Assembly: GCA_973895155.1 (NCBI GenBank)
Contig: OZ316892.1
Span: 19,851,869 to 19,915,868, forward strand
From: Marsupella aquatica
Taxonomy: Eukaryota > Plantae > Marchantiophyta
Direction: 5' to 3'
DNA length: 64,000 bases
Shown: one piece after another, positions 24,901 to 35,635 of the stretch
Layout of the letters: the number at the start of each line of letters is the position of its first letter
Position numbering within the stretch: position 1 is the first letter of the stretch
The notes under the pieces: generated by a model
What the model saw: the letters and a program-made list of their open reading frames with translations, nothing else
Database searches by the model: none
Told to the model about the DNA's origin: nothing
Position numbers and translations under genes: made by a program

Positions 24901-25748
24901 GTTGCGACGGACATCGAAGTATGGAGCAGGTCCGCAATGCAATGGTACACTGAATGGGAGTTTGGATCGCGATGAGTGTCGAAATCGTATCAAGAAGGTT
25001 GGCTTCCATTCGTCTGAAGGTGTTGTCGGAATTGTCGTGAAGGGCCATCGTCTCTTTAGGGGCGAACCCATCTCCGAAATGATTTGGTTTTGCCCGAACC
25101 AAGCATGTTACAAGAGTCATCCGCGTTGTGGTGTTCAGAAGCTTCCTCCTTTTCCTGACATTTTGCCTGTTCTGAAGGGTACGAGCCTGTCTCCTTCTGA
25201 AATTACATTCCTGGAAGAGCAAGGACTTGTCTTAGCGCGAACAACAGGATTGAGTCGATCTGCGCCATCTGCTTTTGACCTCAGGATAAATATTAACGTG
25301 TTCCCAGAAACAATAAGGTTTTTGGAGCCGAATCTCCGACTTGGTAGTCGGAATGGGAGGAACTCAAGGCCTCGGTCTAATCTCACTATGGGTCACACGA
25401 AGCGAATGGAGTCTGCACGACAAGAAGTGATGAGTTTGGATGGGGAATGGAATGTTCAGACCGGAAATGCTTTTGGAAAGCAATTTCGAATTCGAACCCA
25501 TGAGAACCATCGATCACCAAGCACATACTTCGGCCAAAGTCTGGAGCCGAATCCCCGCTTGCTCTTGTGAAGACTTCTTCCTCCGACATTCGCGTGGCAA
25601 GTCGTACATGCCTTGCAAACATCTATACTAGGTGTACATAAATGTTTTCAAACTTGAGATTGAGGAGTCGACTCTTTGTAGCCAACCTATTTTGACTTTA
25701 GGCGAAGTCAGGCTTGTGCTGGAGAGGCAGAACTTGAATGGCTTATGA
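21996..25748 (+). pseudogene. Mutator-type transposase with a GCM/WRKY-like Zn domain, DDE core and C-terminal SWIM finger
   Basis: CTGFIECRNKSC...CHYC...C...HIGEHNHP; FDVMQRV; FMADNAQAGWNAVRNVF; DAFHFYQS; PNCTESESRH; CSCEDF...PCKHLY. Intron at 23981-24216. Frameshifts near 23045, 24770 and 25530; stops at 23861 and 25629. Confidence 0.8.
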
Positions 25749-27300
25749 GAGAGATCGAAACTGCCCAATAGGTCGTCGTTCAATATAACGGTTATTCCCT
25801 ATTTTGTCTTTTTCCAACGGATATTTTAGTTGTTTTATTGAGACTTTGTTGGTTAGCGCCGGGCGCTGGTTCTAGGAAACCGGATATTCATTGCTTCATT
25901 ATGTACGTGCATTGTGGAAGAATGACCTCTTGTTTTATTTAAAATGTGTAAGTTGATTAAATTGTCTACTGTCTTCAAAGCCTCGAGGATGTGATTTGTC
26001 ATTTGTTTGTGACGTTACAAGGTCCATTTAATCAACTCCTTTAGATTGGGTTGATTTGGACTCCACGATTGACATGTGCTATGGTGGGTCCCACTCTAAG
26101 GGTCACTATTTGGCGATGAAAATAGATTGATTTGCATGAATGTTTCTTTAGGCACACTCCTAATACCATGTTTTTTATCTTCTACAATAAATTGTTGTGT
26201 CAATGGAGGATTGATAGTACACTTCATCCATCGGATGGCACAAAATAATTGTTTGTTTTAAACTTTATTGCCCCCCGAAAAATTATGCCATTAGAGTGGT
26301 GGATATGCACCTTAGAGTGGTGGATATGCACGTTATGGTTTAGGCAAAACTGGTAACAGGGACAAGCTTACTAGTAACAGGTACAATTTCCCTGTTAACA
26401 GAAAATAAACCCCTGGTAACAGGTTTTCTGTTTTCTGTTTTCTGTCATGGCTATCATACCCGTACTATATGTGTCTAATATGTCATGTTATCACTTTAAA
26501 TTTAGTGACACTACAAGTTGTAAATGTAATTTGGTTATGATTTCAATTCTAGTCATATAACTAGTATTAAAAATTGACACAGTATCTTTAAGACTCAAAA
26601 TCTAGTCATATAGTGGCAAGGGCTATATAGTTTCTACATCAGGATTTAGGATCCATCCCTTTCAACAGTGTGTCATGATGATTTCATTGCAATGTTTAAA
26701 CACCATTGTTTTCTGCACTGTCTGTTTCATCATTGGTTCATTGTTGAATGGACTGACGTTGATTGGTCTAAAATTGTGATGACTTGTATTAGTGTTGTAT
26801 GCGTGTTGAAACATTGATGGTTTACTAATTGCAGTTTAGACGATGAAAAGCATTATAGAAGCATTGCTGAAAATATGGACAATGATTTAGTAATTTTTCA
26901 GTATCACATATTCAATGAATTCCCTCAGTTTTTCATTGTCTATTCATTGCATATTACCCTTAGATATGTTGTGCAATGTTTTCACATTGATACATTATGA
27001 GCATTTCAGTATTGAACAATTCCATTTTCATTATAACATATCCATGGGTGCATTGTAAGAATAATATAGATTCATTGATGACACTTCATGGTTGCGCTGT
27101 TAATTAATTGAGGTTTAGTTGTTGGGGTTAGACTTGTATATTTGTTGTTGTCTTTTTAACTTTTCATTGTGTTTTCATTGCATATTACCCTCTCATATGT
27201 GACACAATGTTTATATACTGATACAGTATTTAGTTTTTAGTGTGGAATGGTCCACTCTTTCCAAGGTTGAATTGCAAATGCATTGTTTAAAGGTCATCTT

Positions 27301-27477
27301 TTCATCAGTGAAATGTCAAGGTTTCATTGTTGGTTAGTGGATGATAGGTTGCTAGGTACTTTATTAGTGAAATTTCAAGGTTTCATTGTTGGTAAGTGGA
27401 TGATAGGTTGCTAGGTACTTCATTAGTAAAATTTCAAGGTTTCATTGTTGGTTAGTGGATGATAGGTTGCTAGGTAC
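27301..27477. repeat. Three copies of a ~59-bp tandem repeat
   Basis: ttcatyagtgaaatktcaaggtttcattgttggtwagtggatgataggttgctaggtac repeated three times. Confidence 0.9.
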
Positions 27478-27706
27478 AGCCACATCCTTGGAAAGTGGTA
27501 TTGATTGAAATAGATCTAGGACGTGCCTCAACACTTTTGGCTGAGATGTTTTGAGGGATTTAGTTGTTGTAAACTTGAAAGACTTAGATACTCTCGAGAT
27601 AAAACTAAACAATTCAAATTTGAGACATACTTACAATGACATATTTTTAATGGCTTCAAAGTTCGTAGACAATTTTATTCCAACTTTATCTTGCTCATCA
27701 ATTGCT

Positions 27707-29489
27707 TCAGAACTTAAACCTATTCAAGAGGAATTCTCCTGCCTCGTGCTCATCCACTCCATAATGAGGCACAAGATGAACTACACTTAGAATGTTGGCT
27801 ACTTCTAACACATCATATGCTGCTAGTCTCCTCCTGCTAGAGGTCCCTGAGTGGCCTCCTATCTCAGTCCTATCCACCACTAGCTTTAGGATCAAGCACC
27901 CAGTAGTCCTCTCTGGTCTTGTTTGACTATTATACCACCTCACTAAAGCCATGTCCCGGGTGGTTTTATCTCCACTGCTAGTGGTCACTGGACAAGTGAA
28001 CAGGAGTCGTAGTTGGGCATACCATGTCAAGGGCTCATCCCCAACTTTCTCCATCTGTATGGCAACATCACTGAAGTAAGGGGCACCATGAAAACTCGGG
28101 GTGGCCCTGCCTGTCATGGGCCAATCCGCAAATCTATCACCCACTCCTGCTGCAATGGCCACCCCTGTCTTTACTTCGAGAGTCTGATGCAATCAATTGA
28201 AACCCTCATCAGATATGGAGGTGTCTAGTAAAGATGACCATGCAGCTAAGCAAGTTCTTAAACCTTATTCACAACTACTTACAAGTCACAAGTTGCTCAC
28301 CTCAATGGTCTGCAAATCATTAATGACACAATAACCTTGCAAAGATGTCTTCAAATGCAACGATATCTCTGGTTGTGTAGTCAAGACCTCTTTACCGCTA
28401 AGAGGGATATCAGTTATCTCCCTCTGCAACCAGTCCATATGGAAACGTAGTCTTGTGCCCATGAGAACATTAGACCCTGTTGCCACAGCCTGCCATTCAC
28501 ATTACATCAGTTATAAGTCGACGAATAGAATGCATTGCATTACAGATATCAAACCAATTATATTTTCAATGGATAATTCACCCCCTAAGCACCTTACCTT
28601 GTCTAACGCAGTGAATCGATCATCTGCCTTATCAACCTCTGAAATGGAGGTAGCATTTTTTTGGCTAAGAGCTAGTAGCCTTCGGTGGTGGTTAGTCATT
28701 TGCTTGGCGAATTCCTTTTTGTTGCTGGCTCTATATGGCACTTTCATCAACAAAATGTGCAAATGTTCATACAGATTAGTCGAATACTCCACTGGAATCC
28801 CTGACCGCCGAATAGAATCAGAGAGGTGAGCCATTGCGTGGACCTTTACAGTATCAAATTCTGACTTTTGATACTTTCCTAACACCACTATCAACTTTCT
28901 CACCATCCTGCACAACATCATGTGCAAATTATTAATAATTCTGTCTTATTTCATAACAACTTGGCAGCCTAATATAATTAGTGAGCAATAATAGAATGAA
29001 CTATCCAGTAAAAAGCAAGAAGTACTTACACTACCATCAGCCGATCCATTTCTGCCAGAGTCTCCTCAGTGTGCACAGCTTTCCGGAAAGCCAAAGTATA
29101 CCAATCCCACATAGAGATCACAACTTGCAACACAGGGGTCGGGTAAACTCCAAGCATCACTGGAATTAGAACCTGAAACACACACCTATGTTCAAATGCC
29201 TGGAAAGTGGCGTTAGAAGTAAAATATCCAGTCCTTCCCTTGCACGAGGGAAGTCTGAACTCTGGATACCGGTGATGCTCTGACACCCAAGCCAACCTCC
29301 GGTCCAATACCTGTAATGCTTTTCGTTTGAATGTGACAGCCGGCACTTCAACTGCCATGACTTTCAAGATCCCAATTAGGGTTTTAAACAAACCTAAATC
29401 AAATTGGTGCATCTTGTCAGGATGCACACATCTATACGGGTTTCCTAGAATCGTATCCCCACCAAGGAAACCCCAAAGTGCACACTGCC

Positions 29490-29527
<38 letters not shown>

Positions 29528-31108
29528 TAAGTATTTACGTTCACTTTGATAATTCAAAAGAATAAATGATAAATTTGCAAAATAGAACTAGTGATGATGC
29601 AAATTCAGATATCATAAACTTTGTACCTGAATGGGATGGACAGAGTTACTCCTGGACAATTCATCCATCACAGCCACAGTTCCTGATACTTCATTCATCT
29701 CCTCATATAGAGCACTCATGTTTTCTTGAGTTCGATATTCAAGCCTTGCTGTAACTGTGCTCAATTGACCTCGAGGACAGTGGCATGTGCTACATGGAAA
29801 ACTGCATCTATTGGAGTCAAAAGTGCACGTTACTTTGCAGCTCTCTGGATGGTCACCGATGTAGCCATATAGGAGTGGGAATACCCATTTCTGTGAACCT
29901 GATGGATCCTCCAACGGCAAGCCCCTGTTGCATCACATGCCAATGAACAATCAATGTCTTGGCACAAATGTAATATAAAATGGATCTAAAAAATATATCA
30001 GCAACCACATAGATAGTAATTTTGGTTATAGGAAATAACAGAGAAATTAGGTTAAAGAAATAATGACTTACGTAAAACTCAATGCCTTGAGTGGTGCCAA
30101 CAAGATGCTCAAACACTTGTGCAAAAATGAGCACTTGAGCCTAGTTGGATTTCTAGAGTTCAACAATTCCTGATCACATGGTCCATAAGTGGGCAAAATG
30201 GCTAACAAGGCATGGCCAAGCTCCTCCCGCCATCCAGCACATTCAATGTTGGCTAAGGACATCATCAATGGATATCCAGAGACTCTCTGGTTATTAGACA
30301 GGGAAGTTTGATCTGAATACAAGATGATTGCAGCAATGGCTCCACCTGGACACCTCTGTTGTACGAGAGTCTGCAGCAAACACCAACAAACTAAGTGTCC
30401 AACCTCATCCAGGAACAAAAAGAAAAGCTCAATTGAATAGATAAGTACAGTATGTTTCCTTACATGCATCTATCTCCACCAGTGCCCTGTTTCCGGAGTA
30501 CTGTAGTGGTCTGTTGCCTCAGCTTCAGCGGGAAGCAGTTTGAAGTCTTTCTTGTTGTTGGAATTTGAAAACAAAGTAGACAACACTTCCACTGGATCTT
30601 GAAAATGCAGCACCAACTCGTGCACATGCTGGTCTTTCTCTCTAACCACCGCTTGCTTCCATTCAATACCATGATCACTTGCCATCTTTTCTTCATATGC
30701 GAGAAGGTCACTTACATTTTTCACATAAACATCTTCTCTATTAAAATTTGGGTGAAAAAGCATACCCAAAAACCTTCTGGTGTCCTTGATAGACATCCCT
30801 AGAGTATTTCTACATTGCCTTAAAAAGGCCACTAGGTGAAATGTTGAATCAAACCTGTCCTTTGGATCACTGGCTCTACAGAAATTGCTTACTTGATCTT
30901 GAGGAGCATCAATCATGTGGATCAATTCGTCAGCAGTTTGTTGCACTTCTAGTGGAGAAGAAGATTCCCCAACATAGAATGGGGGAAATGGCTCAACCTC
31001 CTTCTGGGCTAATGCTAATTTGCATGATCTATTGGTACTCTTGTGAGAAGCGAGCCCACCATTGGTTTTAAATCCTTTGCAGCCACAGATGTCACAGTCG
31101 TATGTCAT
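27707..31108 (-). pseudogene. Plavaka-type transposase, multi-exon, with an N-terminal C2H2-like finger
   Basis: CDIC...LASH, FQDPVEVLSTLF, YSTPETGHWW, IILYSDQT, YPLMMSLANI, YIGDHPE, HPDKMHQFDLGLF, KVHAMAHLSDSIRRSG..YSTNLYEHLH; premature TAG at 30470. Confidence 0.82.
29489..29522. repeat. (CA)n microsatellite in a Plavaka intron
   Basis: Directly visible. Confidence 0.95.
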
Positions 31109-32724
31109 TTTTAGGACTCAAGTTTGGCAGCATTGAGATTTACCTACTTTAGACTGAGTGGCTGCGGTAGTAAGGTCCAAGAATCTACGATTGATTACAC
31201 ACATATTCTGGACTCGCAAACGACATTGATGACCGGTAGTTCAAGATTACCAGCAGTAGATCAAAGGCAAGTCTTCAAGCCATCCATACAGCTCAATATA
31301 GAAGACTTTGAAGCTTAGTTGATGAAATCCACATCGTTGTGTCTCAGTCTGTGTTGCGCCCCATCAATAATCTGTGTGCCTACAGTGCCATTCATTACCA
31401 CCGTCAGACAACAACAAAACGACATCACATCTTCTCACCTAAACTGCGTCCCCCCCGAGGACTGCATTTCTCCGCTAAGGTACAGCATACCAAAGACAAC
31501 TAATGCAACCATAGATTTTGCCGAGCCAAAACCTCTCCACAAGCTGGCATTGATAGACTAAGCCAAATGTAGGGCTCTAAACTATGCTTCACGCAATCAG
31601 CAGAGAGAACAATTGACACAAGCAGTCCACAATTGAGTGAAAAGAGGAGTCCTCAAACGCTAATGAGTCATCAGTCTCCAAGCTTGTGACAGGCTAGCTG
31701 CCGGGCCTCTTCCTCACTTGAAGTATAGGTAATCCTAAATCTGAAAAGTCAAGCGTATGAGACCGAAAGAAAAGACCAGAAAGAACATCCGGCACTTACT
31801 TGTATGAATATTAACACCCAACACAGTCAAGCCACCCTATGGGGAGCAGATACCATAGATTGGAACTCAGGAGGCAAGTGGATACTAATCAGAATCAAAC
31901 TCCGATTAGACACTTATTCTTGGTGTGCTTCTACTACCTACAAATGTGTCATCTCATCCCTGTGGTACTCGTGCATCTGCTGGGGTCTAATTGGATAAGT
32001 TATCAAGAGCCCCTCATAGAGCAGAATGAGATAGTTAACGTGTCTTTAAGACAACCATGAATACCGCTGTCGCATGTGCAGCTCCCAGATAATTGTAGTC
32101 CTACTACTAAACACGTGAACAGATAGTTACACCAGTCACACTAGTAAAAGTTCTCTTCATATGAAGTGCATCACGAATCGATCTGTTGCTAAAAATATCC
32201 TGGAGATGCAGTTCCCAGTTAAGCCCAAGAACAAAATTATCGATACGAAAACTATCTGGATGTGACAGCTCCTTATTCAACCGTGCAAGAAGAGATGTAC
32301 AAACTTTAATCCTGGAGGATGTCCAGACTTGGCGATCGACTTTGACTCCGAGCACTTTGAATGCAAGAATCACTGAGCTCTAATAAACTTCAAATGTACG
32401 AATCACTGAGCTCTAATAACATCTCGGACCATCATTGAGTTCACCATCATCGTTTCCTTGTATTTCTGCAGAGCAAGTCACCAACTTGCCTAAATTGCTC
32501 AAACCATTTTCCCAATTTACGATCGACCGCGATCTATTTGTTATTGTTAATATCAACCACAGAGGTTGCAGGAACTTCATCTGGGATAAGTCTTTCCGAA
32601 GCTTCCACGTTTCTCAATTGAAATGTTCAATTAGTTCCTTGATATGTTGATACTGTAAATTCACAAATTTGATGGGGCAAGCTTCGGGGATCAATACTTG
32701 ATCTGGACTTTGCTGTTTAGATGG

Positions 32725-34153
32725 TGTGGTATACCCGTTAGCGATAATCTTCTAAATAGGAGACATTTTTAATTTTTTTGGATGGAAGTTAGAAACTTTG
32801 AGGTTGTAAGCAGGATAATTAGCCATAAAGAGCATTAAGTGAGTAGGGAAGAGGAACGGCCTTTACCAAGAAATGAGCGCTTCAACCTGGTGACCGGTAG
32901 CAGTAAGAGCGCGAGAAAGAATGAGTATTGGCGGAGGAGCTATGCAGGTCGAGGAAGAAAACCGAAAGCTTAGGACAATTGTTGAAGCTGTAATGTGACA
33001 CCACTGATTGAAGACAGGGCGCTGCGAGTAAAACAGGGATAATTTTTGGGCAGAAGTGTCAACTCATAAGAGGCGCCCTCTGTTAGTAGTTCTTAAGATA
33101 GCACTATTTACTTACTCAGAGCACCTTTAGTAAGTTTACTAAGTAGATGTTCACTATTGTTTTACCGACAGCGCTACTAGTTGATTTTCCACCATAGTAA
33201 GAAGTCTCTTTTCTAGTTAGCAGCACTCAGTACTCTACTACTTTTCATACTAGTTAAAACTACAGTATGTAGTTTAGTTTAGATCAGCCTTTCTAGATCT
33301 CATTTTAGTTACTTTTCTTTCTAGATTCTAGGGAACACTTTCTCTGCCCTGACTTTGATGATACTTAAGCCCTTGTTTTTCCTCATTTCGGGTGAGAAGG
33401 ACTAAATTGGAAGCCTGGCTGTAGATGCAAGACTCCCGGTCGCTCCCTTTGTTTGTGATCTATTCAGTTGTAGAGATTGCAAATGAAGTAAATGTTTGTG
33501 TTGAGGAATTTGTTTTGAAAGATTCCTCGATAAACAAGTGTATGTTCAACTTCTGGAAATCAAGATGAATTTTATGATTGATTGCTTACAGTGATGAGAA
33601 TCATTCAAAATTCAAAGATGAATGTTTATAGGAAAGTGTCAAATCTATCATTGAGGGACAAGAGTACCATTATTATGCCCTGGACTTTTGCATTAGTGTT
33701 TTGTCTATGCCATACCTGATGCCTAGCCAAACCGTGTTGCCATCATTTTAATGCAAAGCTCGGCAATTATAATCTGAAATTTACCTTGAAAACGGTAGAG
33801 ATTATATCTTTCCTGTGATCTTCTCATGACAAGAGCGAGATTTTGAAGGAGAAGAATATAGGAGAATGGGTTGAGTAAGACCCTAATCTTTGTTGAAGGA
33901 AGGGCAATGCCATTCATATTCCTTGAATTCTTCCTTATGTAAATCCACCTTCAATCATGATTCCAGAATTAGTTGTTACTGGTTGATTTTATTCTGTGTT
34001 TGATCGGTTGAAGATAGAGAAATTTGAGAGGTCAGCTTATATCTCTTCATTAACACTATTTCCTTCAATAGCTTCCACTTTGTTCTTTACGGGATCGACT
34101 TTGGGTTATCTTTGGCTTTAAACCTTGTGTTTTATTTATAGACCTATACCACA
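32725..34153 (+). repeat. 5' LTR
   Basis: TGTGGTATA...TATACCACA. Confidence 0.97.
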
Positions 34154-34265
34154 TAGATTTTTGGCGCTGCTGCCGGGGAACGAATTGGAAGTAATTGAAA
34201 CTCAGACAGTGAATGCCACTTGTAGTGAAGGATTTTAAGAGCTTAGAAGGGAGAATTTTGGCCTC

Positions 34266-35083
34266 ATGGAGCCATCTGTGGAATGGCCGGTGATGACATT
34301 TGAGACCTATTCTTTCACCATTGACAATGCACCACCTTCTTTTGAAGAATTGTGGCGAAGGAGAGCGCTCCGTGCAACTGAAAGGAGAAAAGAACGCACC
34401 ATTAAGAAAGAAAAGCGAAATGGTGCATAATTCTCTGGCAGGGGCGGATTCTTGGTCCAGACGGAGGGAAGTGTTACTTTTTTGTACAGTATCAGGAGAG
34501 GAGCGCTGATTTACTATGAAGAGCGCCGCGGGTTGAGGATGTATTGGTTCTGTTGAAGGGGGAGGCCCTGGGTTCAGGGAGATTTTAGGGAGATTCGAGG
34601 GAGATCCAAACCATTACGCTCAAGAGGAAGTTCTGGAGGAGAGCGCTATTAGATAGCAAAGGACGACTCCAGCCGGAAGCGGAAAATTCGGAGATTGGAC
34701 TTGTGCGGCAGTTACAGACGGAGCGCTACGGGATAGCAAGGGGCGCCCTCAGATTTGAAGCTGGCCCGGACGCTATCATGCCCTAGGTTCAGGGAAGTAC
34801 CTTTGAGTTTCAAGTAAGGGTGGACGGCTTCTTGATTAGAACGGTAAGGCTGGACAGAGGTTCGAGAGTGAATTTGCTTTCTTCTTGGTTGGTAGAACAA
34901 TTAAATTTGGGACCACTTTTTGCCACCACAGTTAGGATTTGGTATGACGGGCATATCCTTCGACCTGTAGGGGAACTTAGGTCACTTGCTATTCAAGTGG
35001 GGGATGAATACTATGTTATGGATTTTGTTATAATCGATCCCCCAGTCATGGAATTTCCTGAAATGGTGTTGCGATCCTTTTAA
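34266..35083 (+). pseudogene. Degenerate extra ORF upstream of gag ending in an aspartic-protease-like domain
   Basis: VRLDRGSRVNLLS...LRPVGELRSLAIQVG...MDFVII...MVL parallels the element's own VDGGSSVNLM...VVPVGRL...LEYIVI...ILL. Confidence 0.5.
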
Positions 35084-35635
35084 GCTGGTAAAGGAGGAGG
35101 CAGGCAGTATCAAGAGGGGTAGAGAAATGAGGAATGACTGAGAAAAATCAGCAACCAGGCAAGGAGGAAACCCGAGTCTCGACGTCCCAAGTCCCATCCT
35201 TCGAATCACCGGTTCAACCGAGGGGGTTAATTGCAGAATTTCAGTCACCAGACTTTCCGCCACCTGGAAGTGTAAACGCGAGATTATCCCTCATTCAGCA
35301 GAATGATTCGAGGGGAACTCTGGAAGCGCCAACTTCTAGTAGACCAGGATTTGTGAACTTACGTTCTGGACCGAAGTTGATTGTCCCACAAAAGCCTCGA
35401 AAGAAGCCTGGAATTTCGGGGAGTTTAAGACGAGCCAGTAGTTTGGATGATCACATAACTCCATCGAGTTTTAAAACTTTCGGAACATCTCTGGTGTGGC
35501 AAGAACGAGAGAACCCCGCAGGAGGAGCAGAATCAAGGTAGCCTTGAGCAACCCGCAGAAGTCACAACTACGACGCCAGGCACCGCTTTACCAGAGATTG
35601 CCCAAGACCCTTATGACACTCCTGAGAGTGTTTTT

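Larger units (their letters stand above)
12677..26461. mobile_element. Large Mutator-like (MULE) DNA transposon
   Basis: 8-bp TSD gtactaCa (12669-12676) / gtactaTa (26462-26469). Degenerate TIRs GGG-N12-GACAG followed by AACAG and CTGTTACCAG repeats at both ends. MULE transposase inside. Confidence 0.8.

Noticed and set aside
26509-26517. CACTACAAG as a CACTA left terminus
   Set aside because: Only a weak match to the candidate right end and no TSD found; mentioned only as an unresolved boundary
16622-30472. In-frame stops as U-to-C RNA-editing sites
   Set aside because: Such editing is organellar, whereas these are nuclear TE genes, several of which also contain frameshifts
31120-32720. 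Possible decayed gene continuing at 42780-44050 beyond the Gypsy insertion
   Set aside because: No sustained frame or recognisable motif
33723-33917. Identical 64-aa ORFs at 33723 and 42344
   Set aside because: A consequence of LTR duplication; no coding signature
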